Source: a virus (taxonomy: Duplodnaviria; Caudoviricetes). Taken from it: 64,000 nt of DNA. The notes under the pieces were generated by a model, which worked only from the letters and a program-made list of their open reading frames with translations, had not been told where the DNA came from and did not search any database. A program made the translations under genes and the position numbers. Positions 27,072 to 36,299 of the stretch are shown here, one piece after another; the stretch's first letter is position 1; the number at the start of each line of letters is the position of its first letter. The stretch spans positions 26,732 through 90,731 of the IMG/VR virus record IMGVR_UViG_3300021086_000004. One strand, 5' to 3'.

Positions 27072-27451
27072 GTCTGCCCGCCGGGGTTCTCCAGTACGCG
27101 GCGGATCGTCTGGTCGAGCAGGTCCGACGGCCGCCACAGGAAGTACCTGACGCGCGAACCGGGAACAGCGGCCAGGGCCTCGTACGCGGCGCGCCACTGC
27201 TCCTGGGTGGTGGTCAATCGGCCGCGTTGTGTCTTGCATTCGGCCACGATCTGCCAACCCCCGACCAGGATGACCAAATCTGGGAATCCGGGGGTTCCTT
27301 GGATGGGGGTGCGCCAGCCGTTGTCGGTGCGGGCGGGGCGGCAGTGGTGGACGAGCCAGCCGAGGGCTTTCGCTAGGGCGACGGTGTTGGCGAGGAGGTC
27401 GTCTTCGCTCATGCCGGCGGCGACGGCGCCGCGTTGCTCGGCGGTCGTCAC
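27068..27451 (-). CDS. VRR-NUC domain nuclease (resolvase-like)
   Basis: SEDDL, GWLVHH, GFPDLV, AECKT..GRLTTTQEQW. Confidence 0.88.
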   Translation of the reverse strand: MTTAEQRGAVAAGMSEDDLLANTVALAKALGWLVHHCRPARTDNGWRTPIQGTPGFPDLVILVGGWQIVAECKTQRGRLTTTQEQWRAAYEALAAVPGSRVRYFLWRPSDLLDQTIRRVLENPGGQT

Positions 27452-27645
27452 GGCCGGCCCTCTGTGGCGGTAAGGAGTTCCGACAGGGGGCATTGCAGGG
27501 CGTCGGCGAGCGTCCACAGCCGGTCCATCGACGGCGAGTAGGCGCCGTTCTCGACCCGGCTGATCGACTGCCGGTCGCAACCGCCGAACGCGTGCCTGCG
27601 TCGGAGTTCGGCGTCGGTGCAGTTCCGGGGCACGGTCGTGCTCAC
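27448..27645 (-). CDS. XRE-family HTH, apparently internally deleted
   Basis: CDRQSISRVENGAYSPSMDRLWTLADAL is an XRE C-terminal half; helix 2 appears missing. Confidence 0.5.
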   Translation of the reverse strand: MSTTVPRNCTDAELRRRHAFGGCDRQSISRVENGAYSPSMDRLWTLADALQCPLSELLTATEGRP

Positions 27646-28172
27646 CCGGACCACGGCCTCGGCCGCTCGTCGCCACGTACGTACAGCGGGTGCCTAGGTG
27701 CGCCGTCCTTCGTCGTCCCGAGGCAGGCCAGGACTTGCCCGGTCGTTTCCCGGACCATCGCGCACAGCACGGCATCGCGGCCGTGCGCCCGGACGGCCCT
27801 GTCGGCGCCCCATGCGGCGATCACCGGTCCGCCTGCCGCGGCGGCGAGGTGCCGCCGGATCACGGCGTCGTTGTCCGGGCCGACCGGGTCAGGATGGCCG
27901 TCGAGGGCGCGCGGGTCGGTCGAGCGGAGCGCGAACGTGTTCAGCACGGTCAGCCCGCCCGTACCCCATTGCCGGGCGAAGGTGAGGCAGCGGCGGATTG
28001 TCGGGTCCTCCACGAACGCGTCCGCGGTGGAAGGGTTGAGCATGACGAACACGGCCGGCGGCGTATCGGCCCAGCGGCGGGTGAGGGCGTACCGGTAGGC
28101 CCGGTCGGGTGAGAATTCGGCGGTGGCCCCGCCGATCAGGGCGTCGTCGCGGTCGACCACGAGGCCGGTCAC
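27642..28172 (-). CDS. DUF1643 family protein
   Basis: YRYALTRRW, FVMLNPSTAD..DPTIRRC, NTFALRSTDP, PRHPLY. Confidence 0.92.
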   Translation of the reverse strand: MTGLVVDRDDALIGGATAEFSPDRAYRYALTRRWADTPPAVFVMLNPSTADAFVEDPTIRRCLTFARQWGTGGLTVLNTFALRSTDPRALDGHPDPVGPDNDAVIRRHLAAAAGGPVIAAWGADRAVRAHGRDAVLCAMVRETTGQVLACLGTTKDGAPRHPLYVRGDERPRPWSG

Positions 28173-28495
28173 GGCCGGGCCTCCCGTCCTACCTGCATCG
28201 CCTTGGTCCCCGTGGCGGGGTCGTCCCGGTAGTGGCACGTGTCGCCGTCCTGGCACGGGCACGCCGGGTCGGAGCCGGCGCACGGCTGGCGTGCTGCCTT
28301 CGCTGTGCGTCGCAGCGCTGCCAGTTGCGAACCCCTCGGCCCGAGACCCAGGCGCCCATACGCGGCCAGTACCGATGCGACGAACAGCATCTGCTCGCGG
28401 GTCGGCTCCCCGTACCGCAACTGCCACTGCACGTCGCCGGGGTCACCCGGGTCGGGCCAGGTGGTGCCGTCGTCCAGCCTGAGGTGACTGCTCAC
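28169..28495 (-). CDS. Hypothetical protein
   Basis: Coupled; C-terminal CPCQDGDTCHY. Confidence 0.6.
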   Translation of the reverse strand: MSSHLRLDDGTTWPDPGDPGDVQWQLRYGEPTREQMLFVASVLAAYGRLGLGPRGSQLAALRRTAKAARQPCAGSDPACPCQDGDTCHYRDDPATGTKAMQVGREARP

Positions 28496-28569
28496 CGCTC
28501 CCCCAGTTCGGCCCGGACCCTGGCCGGGATGCGGACGAGCCGGCCCAGCGTCTCCCGGTCCGCTGTCAT
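28492..28569 (-). CDS. 25-aa hypothetical peptide
   Basis: GAGG RBS; stop overlaps next GTG. Confidence 0.35.
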   Translation of the reverse strand: MTADRETLGRLVRIPARVRAELGER

Positions 28570-28589
28570 GCCGACACCTCGGCCCCTGG

Positions 28590-28790
28590 TCAGTCATCAC
28601 CGCCCTCCTCGTGGACTTCCGCGACCGTGTACCGCTCCCGCCGGCCCCGCTCGGCCGCCGACTCCCGCAGCACGGTGGCTTCGAACTCGGCGTCCTCCCG
28701 CGTCCAATGCAGCCCGGCGGCGCCCGGCAGATCCGGCTGATGGCTGGCCTGGTTCCACTCGACCACCACCCAGCCCAGCGGGCCGGTCAT
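28590..28790 (-). CDS. Hypothetical protein
   Basis: ATGA-coupled. Confidence 0.65.
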   Translation of the reverse strand: MTGPLGWVVVEWNQASHQPDLPGAAGLHWTREDAEFEATVLRESAAERGRRERYTVAEVHEEGGDD

Positions 28791-29161
28791 GCCGTCGCCC
28801 CGAGCCGGTCAACCCGGCCAGCCGCACCGCGGACCTTGTGGACCTGCTGCCGGTACACGTTGCACGACGGGTCCAGCCCGTCCGCCTCCCGGTACAGCAC
28901 CGTCAACTTCAGGCCCGGGTCGAGCCAGTACGGCTCGCACACCAGCACGTCACCTGCCGCCAGCCCGAACCGGGGGTCGTCGTCCTTCAGCACGTACCGG
29001 CGCGGCAGCCGGTACGCGGCCCGGAGCGCATCCCACCGCTGCCGGTGCTCCCTGCCGGCTGCCCGTAGCCTGCCGGACGACGTCGTGCACGGCGCGTCCT
29101 CGGCTGCGTCGCAGAACGTGCACCGGACGTCCTGGGCGAAGCTGCCCGCGGGTTCTGTCAT
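28787..29161 (-). CDS. Zn-finger hypothetical protein
   Basis: CTFCDAAEDAPC..H; ATGA-coupled. Confidence 0.65.
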   Translation of the reverse strand: MTEPAGSFAQDVRCTFCDAAEDAPCTTSSGRLRAAGREHRQRWDALRAAYRLPRRYVLKDDDPRFGLAAGDVLVCEPYWLDPGLKLTVLYREADGLDPSCNVYRQQVHKVRGAAGRVDRLGATA

Positions 29162-29430
29162 CGCCCTGACTCCTTCCTGTCCACCATCGCCGCCAGCCGG
29201 TCGCATGGGTACGCCTCGTTGCAGCGCAGGCACCACAGCCTCATCGGCTCGGTCGGCCCGGACACGTCCACCGCCCCATGCCCCCGGTGTTCGGCGCCGT
29301 CCAGCCAGTCCGCGAGCCGCCCCGGCGCCAGAGTCAGCGCCGTCCCGAAGCCGCGCCAGAACCCGGCCGAACACACCTGCCGGAGACCGGCGGCCACCTC
29401 GGCCGCCTGACGCCGAACCCAGCGCGTCAT
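29158..29430 (-). CDS. Hypothetical protein
   Basis: ATGA-coupled; CLRC..YPC. Confidence 0.6.
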   Translation of the reverse strand: MTRWVRRQAAEVAAGLRQVCSAGFWRGFGTALTLAPGRLADWLDGAEHRGHGAVDVSGPTEPMRLWCLRCNEAYPCDRLAAMVDRKESGR

Positions 29431-29654
29431 GTCGCCGGCTCCTTCCGGTCCGGCGACCAGCCCCACCCAGCGTCACCCAGTGCGGCCTCTGATACCGCGC
29501 GGAGCAGGTCGAGCGCGTCGAGGTAGATCGGCTCCTGGTCGCCGATCTTGACGGTGATCTCGTGATTGAAGCCCGGCGTAACGGTCAGGGACCGGTCGTC
29601 GTCGTACCGGCCCGGGAGCGAGATCCCATCCATGAAGGCGCTGACGCCGGTCAC
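29427..29654 (-). CDS. Hypothetical protein
   Basis: GTGA-coupled. Confidence 0.65.
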   Translation of the reverse strand: MTGVSAFMDGISLPGRYDDDRSLTVTPGFNHEITVKIGDQEPIYLDALDLLRAVSEAALGDAGWGWSPDRKEPAT

Positions 29655-30922
29655 TGCCTACCGTCCTGGTCCGGCGCGGCGAGCGCGGCGACTGTCGCCC
29701 GGCCGTCCTCCCCCGCCTCCTGGTAGATCCCCAACGCGTCGATCAGCGCGTGCACGTCGTCCACGGTTAGGCCCGAGAACGACTCGATGTCCCGGTTCAG
29801 GATGCTGCCCGCGACGCGGAGCCGGCCGGGCTTGTCGTCGCCCTTCACGCCGAGGTCGGCCAGGACCGCGAACAGCCGCCGCATCAGACTCGCGGGCACC
29901 GCGGCCGGCGGCGCATCGTCGTCGACCAGTTCGCCGTCAACCGGCTCATCCGCCGGCGACTCCGAGTCGCCGGCCGGCGGAAACTCCTCGGCCACCGTCG
30001 TCTGACCCTTGCCCAGCGCCGCGCCCACATGCCGCAGCGCCGTCAGATCATCCTCCAACCAGTCCTCCACCGGCCGGCCCACGCGCGCCACCAGGGCCTC
30101 CGCCGGGACGCCCCACTTCCCCGCGAACCAGTCGGCCAGCACCGCAACGCGGTCCGCCAGAGGCCGTTCAGTGGCCGGCTGCGCGTCCTCGCTGGACTCG
30201 GCCCCGGCAGCCGCCGGCTCGGCTGAGCCGCCCGTGATCTCGGCCACCGTCACCGGAGCCTGAGCGACCGGAGGCGCTCCCGCACGCTGCACACGCGGGT
30301 CGTCCGTGACCTCCTCGAACGACGGGATCCCCTTCAACACCTCCGGGGCGACCCGCTTGCAGCAGATCGACACGGCCCGGGCGTACAACATGGCCTTCGG
30401 GTCCTTTGTGTACTTCTCGTTGTTCGCTACATACCCGGCCCGCTTCGCGTCGCCGATGGTGAAGGTGACCGGCTCGACATGCGACGACCCGGCGCGCTGG
30501 CCGTGGACGGTGCACTCGGTGTCCGAAATGGACACCGTCCACACCTCGTGCCCTGCGGCTTGGATCAGCGCGACCATCGTGTTTGCGTAGATGCTCGGGC
30601 GGCCATGGATGACGAACACCTCGTTGAGCGCGTTCATCGGGGTGAGGCCGAGTTCGGCGCCATAGATCAGCGCGCCGGTTCCGTTCGCGATGGCCTGCGC
30701 CCGGCGCTTCTCTTCCTTCTCTGGATCGGTCGACGTCTGCTTGGGCCACAGCGCGCGCGGGAAGAACGGCGTGTCGACGATCGATGCGACGAGCTGCCCG
30801 GCGGCCTGCGCGGTTTCGACCCAGACTTGCAGGGCGGTGACTCCTGCGGCGGGCTGCGGGAGGTTCGGCGCTCGGTGGGCGAGGGTGTTGTTGGCGGGTT
30901 CGATGCGGGCGAGTTCGGTCAC
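29651..30922 (-). CDS. RecT/Red-beta-like single-strand annealing protein
   Basis: GAELGLTPMNAL..VIHGRPS, AKRAGY, KYTKDPKAMLYARA..APEVLKG; near RecE-like gene. Confidence 0.75.
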   Translation of the reverse strand: MTELARIEPANNTLAHRAPNLPQPAAGVTALQVWVETAQAAGQLVASIVDTPFFPRALWPKQTSTDPEKEEKRRAQAIANGTGALIYGAELGLTPMNALNEVFVIHGRPSIYANTMVALIQAAGHEVWTVSISDTECTVHGQRAGSSHVEPVTFTIGDAKRAGYVANNEKYTKDPKAMLYARAVSICCKRVAPEVLKGIPSFEEVTDDPRVQRAGAPPVAQAPVTVAEITGGSAEPAAAGAESSEDAQPATERPLADRVAVLADWFAGKWGVPAEALVARVGRPVEDWLEDDLTALRHVGAALGKGQTTVAEEFPPAGDSESPADEPVDGELVDDDAPPAAVPASLMRRLFAVLADLGVKGDDKPGRLRVAGSILNRDIESFSGLTVDDVHALIDALGIYQEAGEDGRATVAALAAPDQDGRQ

Positions 30923-31128
30923 GGTGCGGTCTCCAGTGGGAGGACGGTGATCGGGTAGTGGTCGCGGATGGCGGCGTTGACCGCGTCGAATAGACACAGG
31001 TCGCAGACGGGCCGCCGGTCGGCGGGGAATGCGCTCGACGGGTAGGCCAGCCGGGCGACGGCGGCGCGCCACCGCTCCTGAGGGTCGTCGTCGCAGGGCC
31101 GGCAGTGAACGACGACAGCGGCGGTCAC
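30919..31128 (-). CDS. Small CxxC protein
   Basis: GTGA-coupled. Confidence 0.55.
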   Translation of the reverse strand: MTAAVVVHCRPCDDDPQERWRAAVARLAYPSSAFPADRRPVCDLCLFDAVNAAIRDHYPITVLPLETAP

Positions 31129-31484
31129 AGGTGGGCCTTTCGGATGATCTGGCAGCCGGTGCACTGGCAGCACGCCTCAGACGGCACGTAGTCGGGCGAG
31201 CCGGCGATGTGGTCGTAGTAGTCGGGCCACGTCGGGTGCCCCTCGCAGACCTCCAGGGCGGCGGCCTGCGCATGTGTGAAGTTGGCCCGCCACTCGTGGA
31301 CCTCTTCGCCCAGTTCCGCCTCGCGGCAGTCGCAGGCCACGTGATGATCCGTGCAGGCCACGTACCGGGGGTCGCGGGTGTCCGTCGGCGGCGGCTGGTC
31401 GACGGGGACCGCGACGCGCAGCGTCGAGCGGCCGGGCCGCCGCTCGCCCCGGAAGAACACCACGGGGCCAGCCGTGCTGGTCAC
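31125..31484 (-). CDS. Cys/His-rich hypothetical protein
   Basis: ACTDHHVACDCREAE; coupled. Confidence 0.65.
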   Translation of the reverse strand: MTSTAGPVVFFRGERRPGRSTLRVAVPVDQPPPTDTRDPRYVACTDHHVACDCREAELGEEVHEWRANFTHAQAAALEVCEGHPTWPDYYDHIAGSPDYVPSEACCQCTGCQIIRKAHL

Positions 31485-31681
31485 CGGGGTCCTTCCTGGG
31501 CGGCTTGGCGGGCGGCGACACGGGCTAGGTCTTCCTGCCGGGTGTCGCGGGTGTCCCCCGCGTCGACGTACCGGCGGATCAGCTCCGACAGCCACACGGA
31601 GTGGTCGGCGGCCCGGGTCTCCAGCCGTTCGGCCTGTTCGGCGGGGAGGCGGATGGAGACCTTCCGCATGGGTTTACGCAT
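31481..31681 (-). CDS. Ribbon-helix-helix (CopG-like) protein
   Basis: RKVSIRLPAEQAERLETRA..SELIRRYV; extended -10 TGGTAGGAT 6 nt before ATG. Confidence 0.8.
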   Translation of the reverse strand: MRKPMRKVSIRLPAEQAERLETRAADHSVWLSELIRRYVDAGDTRDTRQEDLARVAARQAAQEGPR

Positions 31682-31733
31682 GCCCCGATCCTACCACCGT
31701 TGTCCGACGAATAGCGGACGTTCGGGTGACGAT

Positions 31734-32648
31734 CTACGGCTGAACAGTGTCGGCTTCGGTGTCGAAGTCGCCACGCTCGCGGGCTATTTCGTGCTGAACG
31801 GCCGACCACCGCGGCAACGCCAGCGGCACGATCTGATCGTCCGTGCTGCCCGCCCCAACCCGGTACCCCGGCCACACCCCGGACGCCTGACACCGCGCGA
31901 ACACGTCCAGCGCGCGGCGGTTCAGGTCCCTGCCGGCGGCGAGCGCGTCCGCGTCGGGCTCGCACACGGTCACGAGGTACGGGGCCGTCTTCTCCTGGAG
32001 GACGAGGAGGAACGCGGCGTCGTCCCCGATCAGGCCGAGTTCGCGTCCGGCGGTCAGATACCAGTCGCCCTGCTGTCCATAGCCGTGCTCGGCCATGGCC
32101 TTCGCGCAGTCGTCCGGGGCCGCTGACCGGGCAGTTTTGTAGTCGGTGACGATCCGGTCCTTCACCCAGTCGAGCCGCGCCCGCCGGTGGACACCGAACT
32201 CTGTGTCATGCCAGAACATGGACAGTTCCGGCCGGCCCGTGCCGGGGGCGAACAGGGGGCCGGCGATCGGATGCGCGCGGAGCGCGTCGGCCATGTCGAG
32301 GACGACCTGCCAGGTGGCGGTGAGGAGCGGCACGGCGTCGGCGGCGCGGGCTTCGGCGGCTTCGGCCTGCGCTTTCTTGGTCCGCCAACTGTCCGCGTCG
32401 ACCACCACGACCGTCTCCCCCACGCCGAGGACTTCGGAGTGGGCGGCGTGGCCGAGGTCGAACTCTTTCTTCGCGGCCTGGCCGTGGTCGGCCCACCACC
32501 GGTACTTGGCCGGGCACGACGGGGCGAGCAACTTGCGGGCGCCTGTGGACGACAGTGAGCCGCCGGGGACCGGATCAGCGTGGTACACGTCGGGGGGCAT
32601 GTCGTCGTGGACGCCGGGCGTGAACGGGGCCAGGTCGACGGCGGTCAC
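31734..32648 (-). CDS. RecE-like / exonuclease VIII PD-(D/E)XK nuclease
   Basis: YHADP..LSSTGARKLL, FDLGHAAH, RARLDW, DYKT, YGQQGDWY. Confidence 0.88.
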   Translation of the reverse strand: MTAVDLAPFTPGVHDDMPPDVYHADPVPGGSLSSTGARKLLAPSCPAKYRWWADHGQAAKKEFDLGHAAHSEVLGVGETVVVVDADSWRTKKAQAEAAEARAADAVPLLTATWQVVLDMADALRAHPIAGPLFAPGTGRPELSMFWHDTEFGVHRRARLDWVKDRIVTDYKTARSAAPDDCAKAMAEHGYGQQGDWYLTAGRELGLIGDDAAFLLVLQEKTAPYLVTVCEPDADALAAGRDLNRRALDVFARCQASGVWPGYRVGAGSTDDQIVPLALPRWSAVQHEIARERGDFDTEADTVQP

Positions 32649-32920
32649 TGCTCGTCCTTGGGCTGGGGTGTCCTGGCCCCGCCGTCCAGCGGCGCGGTGT
32701 GCGGCACGCCCGGCCCGGTGAACCGGCCCGCGACCGTCCGCTGTAGCCGCTGCGTCAGCGCCTGCGCGGCCTGCTCGGCGGCTTCGGTCACCTCCCGGCC
32801 CGTGCCGGCGAGGACGGCAGCGTGCTCTGTGCACGTCCACGGCCCGTCGCCCCAGCGGGGCGTACGGGATGCATCGGTCGGTTCCCGGACGGTCACTGTC
32901 ACTGACACCTCGACGAGCAT
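32645..32920 (-). CDS. Hypothetical protein
   Basis: TGATG-coupled. Confidence 0.55.
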   Translation of the reverse strand: MLVEVSVTVTVREPTDASRTPRWGDGPWTCTEHAAVLAGTGREVTEAAEQAAQALTQRLQRTVAGRFTGPGVPHTAPLDGGARTPQPKDEQ

Positions 32921-33111
32921 CAGAACGGCCCTCCGGGGCTCGTCGCGCTGCGCCGTTCGGCGTGGTCGGCGGCATCGGCCAGCCATCCGGCCACCCGCCG
33001 TGCCTCGGCCGCCGTGAACGTGATGGTCAGCGGCCCGGCTGACCCGTCCAGTTCCATGTGGACGGGATGCGACTCGCCGAGGTGAAGGCTGACCGTTCCC
33101 TGGAATGCCAT
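32920..33111 (-). CDS. Hypothetical protein
   Basis: TGATG-coupled; GGAG RBS. Confidence 0.6.
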   Translation of the reverse strand: MAFQGTVSLHLGESHPVHMELDGSAGPLTITFTAAEARRVAGWLADAADHAERRSATSPGGPF

Positions 33112-33569
33112 CAGAACTCCTCCTTGCCGGTGGGCTGCGCCGCGTCGGGGCCTCGGGCGAGCAGGTCGTACACCCGCGTCCGCAGGTCCGACTCGAACTC
33201 CCGCGACATGTCGCGGAACCCCAGTAGTAGCTCGCCGCCGGGTTCGTGGATTGCGGCGAGCACGTCCACAAAGCACCGGTACTCGAAGGCCTGGACGTGG
33301 GGTGAGGCGGCGCAGACGACGTCGAGGAGGGTGCGGGCGGTGGGCCAGTCGTGGGCGTCGACTGCGGTGGCGGCGCGCTCGAACAGGGACGCGACGGTGA
33401 CGGTCGGCGGGGTGAACCCGTCCGGGCTGACGACGTCGCGGCGGGGCACGACGTCGAGGTCGAGCAGGAACAGGCTGGCGGATAACTGGCCGACATCGAG
33501 CGGCGTCCCGGCCTCGCTGATCGCGTCGCAGAGCCTGTTCAGGCGGGCGACGTCTTCGGCACTGGTCAT
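33111..33569 (-). CDS. Hypothetical protein
   Basis: ATGA-coupled. Confidence 0.65.
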   Translation of the reverse strand: MTSAEDVARLNRLCDAISEAGTPLDVGQLSASLFLLDLDVVPRRDVVSPDGFTPPTVTVASLFERAATAVDAHDWPTARTLLDVVCAASPHVQAFEYRCFVDVLAAIHEPGGELLLGFRDMSREFESDLRTRVYDLLARGPDAAQPTGKEEF

Positions 33570-33877
33570 GCCGGCCACCGCATCCAGTCGGCGGCCTGGA
33601 ACCGGTCGCAGTACGGCGACCACCCCGGGGGCTGCGCGGTCACGAACCGGAACTCCAGCCGGTCCGGCCGCTGGTCGAACGACGCCAGGATGCGTTCGCG
33701 GGCGCCGTTCTCGTCTGCGGCCATGATGGCGGCGCAGACCATGTTCGCGTCGTCGGCCGGGAGGAAGCCGGACACCCACCACGGGGTGTGGAGTTCGAAC
33801 GGGCCGGCCTCTTCGGTCTGGTACCAGGAGACCCAGTACGGCCGGCGGCCGGCGGGGGTCTGGTCGTGGGCGGTCAT
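33566..33877 (-). CDS. Hypothetical protein
   Basis: YWVSW, WWVSG motifs; ATGA-coupled. Confidence 0.7.
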   Translation of the reverse strand: MTAHDQTPAGRRPYWVSWYQTEEAGPFELHTPWWVSGFLPADDANMVCAAIMAADENGARERILASFDQRPDRLEFRFVTAQPPGWSPYCDRFQAADWMRWPA

Positions 33878-34167
33878 GCCGTGATCCGACCGAGTTCGCC
33901 CCGCGGGTAGATCTCGCCCCAGGTGCCACCGTCGCCGCCGTCATCCGACCGGGTAGACACCTGGAAGGCGTCGCCCATCGCGTACATGAACGCCCAGTGC
34001 TGGCCGATCCGCGCCATGACGGCAGCCCGGGCGGCTGCTTCAGAGCGGGCGAAGACGGAGATCCACCCGTCGGGGTGCGCGTCGTGCCAGGTGGGGTGCG
34101 GCTGGTGGCGGTACTGCTGCCCGAACGTGACCCGCCACTCCATCGGCGGGTCGCTGGCTATGGTCAT
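33874..34167 (-). CDS. Hypothetical protein
   Basis: AAGGGA RBS; VTFGQQY..HP..HPDGW. Confidence 0.7.
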   Translation of the reverse strand: MTIASDPPMEWRVTFGQQYRHQPHPTWHDAHPDGWISVFARSEAAARAAVMARIGQHWAFMYAMGDAFQVSTRSDDGGDGGTWGEIYPRGELGRITA

Positions 34168-34267
34168 CGCTTGTCCCTTCAGCTTGTCCTGTGGGGGCGC
34201 GGGCCGCCTGCGTTCCCGGCGTGGGCGGCCCACCCGGAACCTACGCCCGGGGTACGACAGAAACGGG

Positions 34268-34927
34268 TCAGCGTTTACCGCCGCGGAAGTCCTTCGTCTT
34301 CAACTTGATGATCAGCCGCTCGCCCCGGTTGTCGTACAGCGGCTCTACTGTCCGGGCCACCACGCCCTCGGCCGGAAAGTCGGGGTCGGATGTGAACGTC
34401 GTCCACGACGGGAACCCGGCCCGGACCAGCGACACGATCTCGTCGAGGGTCTTCTCCCCGAGGACCGGGACGCGTGGGATGTCGAGGACCGCACCGGTCT
34501 TCGTGACCTGATCGTCGGACAGGAACACGTCGCCGGCCTGGACGTCGAACAGAATGAATCCCTGGTCGGGGCGGTACTTCCCGCCGCCTTGGATCTTCGC
34601 GCCGTAGCCCTCGCCGTGAAGGATCAGCCGGTTCAGGCTGTGCTGGTCCATCGTCTCGGTGACGTCGGGAACGAGCCGGGTGGCGAGGTCGACGCAGTGC
34701 CTGAGGAGCGCGGGCGGGATCGACGCGTTGTCGGTCTTTCCCCGGACGTCGAAGAGGACGCTGCCGGCGGTGCGGTCGAAGATGAGCCGCATGTTGGTGC
34801 CGTCGATCTTCTCGGTGACGACCCAGGTTCTGATGGTGGCGTAGACGGGCCGGCGTAGACGGGTGGTGTCGACTCGGAAGGTGTCGTCGCGGTCGAACAG
34901 GGTTTCGATCTTCGGATAGGTGGTCAC
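34268..34927 (-). CDS. RNA ligase family nucleotidyltransferase
   Basis: YPKIETLF, motif I TEKIDGTN, GEGYG, FILFDV, EGVVAR, terminal KLKTKDF. Confidence 0.85.
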   Translation of the reverse strand: MTTYPKIETLFDRDDTFRVDTTRLRRPVYATIRTWVVTEKIDGTNMRLIFDRTAGSVLFDVRGKTDNASIPPALLRHCVDLATRLVPDVTETMDQHSLNRLILHGEGYGAKIQGGGKYRPDQGFILFDVQAGDVFLSDDQVTKTGAVLDIPRVPVLGEKTLDEIVSLVRAGFPSWTTFTSDPDFPAEGVVARTVEPLYDNRGERLIIKLKTKDFRGGKR

Positions 34928-35415
34928 GCCGCGCCTCCTGCTTGCCTGGCGTACCGGTCCAAGTTGTCGTCTAGGTCGTCGAGCCGGGCCTGCCACTCCC
35001 GGTCGCGGAACTCCGGCCGCAGGCCTGCGTAGGCGTCGTCGGGGCCGTCACGCCGCAGGTCGGCCAACGCGTCGGCCGCGTCGCACACCGACATCCACAG
35101 TTCCTGCCGCGCGGCCGGGTCCGTGACGGCGGGGCACATGCCGGCGAACAGGTCCGGGCAGGCGCCGCGCAGGTCGTAGTGGTCGTCCGGGTCACCGGGG
35201 AGGTCGCGGCGCGCGACGGCCAGGGCCTCCGCTCCGGCGCGGATGGCCCGCGCCCGGATGGCAGGGTCGGGTTCGACTGCGGCGGCTGCGAGCGCCCGGG
35301 CGATCACGGGCCGGTCGTCGGGGCGGATCGCGCCTTGCCGGCGGAGCTGGCCGAGGACGTGGCCGGCGCGGTCGGACAGGCGGGCGAACGCCGGATGCAG
35401 CACGGTGACGGTCAC
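34924..35415 (-). CDS. Hypothetical protein
   Basis: GTGA-coupled. Confidence 0.6.
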   Translation of the reverse strand: MTVTVLHPAFARLSDRAGHVLGQLRRQGAIRPDDRPVIARALAAAAVEPDPAIRARAIRAGAEALAVARRDLPGDPDDHYDLRGACPDLFAGMCPAVTDPAARQELWMSVCDAADALADLRRDGPDDAYAGLRPEFRDREWQARLDDLDDNLDRYARQAGGAA

Positions 35416-35630
35416 GACTGGCACTCGTCGGGGAACTCAGGGACGCATGGCTCGACCCCGTACCAGTCGGCCGGGTTCGGGCCGTGGTTCGCCACGATCC
35501 ACTCCCGCGCCTCGTCGCCGGACGCGAGGCCATGCTTGACGACGATCGGGTAGGACCAGTCGGCGTAGGCGGAGGGGTCTCCGGCGGCGAGCCATTCGGG
35601 GCCGGGGTTGAAGAGGATTGCGAAGCTCAC
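35412..35630 (-). CDS. Hypothetical protein
   Basis: GTGA-coupled. Confidence 0.6.
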   Translation of the reverse strand: MSFAILFNPGPEWLAAGDPSAYADWSYPIVVKHGLASGDEAREWIVANHGPNPADWYGVEPCVPEFPDECQS

Positions 35631-35869
35631 GGCGTGGTCTCCTGTCCGGTTCGGATGTCGGCGGGGCCGTGCGGATCCTGATCGCCCGGAAGCACGCCAC
35701 GGAGCCGGCGCATGTCGGAGCGGACACCGGACTCGATGTACGCCCTGTACAGCACCGCCGGGCGGATCCCGTGGTGCGCCGCCAGCACCCGAACCTGGCG
35801 GCGGACCTCCGGGGAGAGCCGCACGACCTGGTTCTCCTGCGGCTCCGGCGGAGGCGACGGGACGCGCAT
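35627..35869 (-). CDS. Ribbon-helix-helix-like DNA-binding protein
   Basis: VVRLSPEVRRQVRVLAAHHGIRPAVLYRAYIESGV; TGATG-coupled. Confidence 0.65.
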   Translation of the reverse strand: MRVPSPPPEPQENQVVRLSPEVRRQVRVLAAHHGIRPAVLYRAYIESGVRSDMRRLRGVLPGDQDPHGPADIRTGQETTP

Positions 35870-36246
35870 CAGTCCGCCTCGGGGACGCGCAGCACGCGGG
35901 CGGCGTACATGTAGTCGCCGTCCTGCGCGCGCCCACCTGCCATGACCTGCACGGCCAGCAGCAGCGCCAACTCCAGCGTCTCCGTGTGGACGCGCGCGGG
36001 CTGGCCGTCGTGGACGACCGTGTAGGTGCTGGACTGCGTCCGGTCGGTGCCGCGAGTGACATAGCTGACGACCTGGACGACGGCAGTGGCGTCGTCCAGG
36101 TGGGTGACGTTCCCGACCCGGTCCCCGCGCATGAGGTTGAGGGTGCCGGTGATCCGGTCGTCGGCCGCGTGCTGCTCGCGGATCTGCTGCATGGCCGCAT
36201 CGCGCTGCCGGTCTTGGAAGGTGGGCGGGATCTCTGTCGTCGGCAT
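35869..36246 (-). CDS. Hypothetical protein (leaderless)
   Basis: ATG 6 nt after TAGGGT. Confidence 0.7.
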   Translation of the reverse strand: MPTTEIPPTFQDRQRDAAMQQIREQHAADDRITGTLNLMRGDRVGNVTHLDDATAVVQVVSYVTRGTDRTQSSTYTVVHDGQPARVHTETLELALLLAVQVMAGGRAQDGDYMYAARVLRVPEAD

Positions 36247-36252
36247 GCCGTC

Positions 36253-36296
36253 ACCCTACCGCGGCGCTATGCGTAGCGCAATGCGCAACGCTATGC
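36253..36296 (-). promoter_or_regulatory. Promoter with overlapping operator-like repeats
   Basis: TTGCGC-N17-TAGGGT-N6-ATG; CGCTATGC / CGCAATGC repeats around -35. Confidence 0.65.
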
Positions 36297-36299
36297 CGT

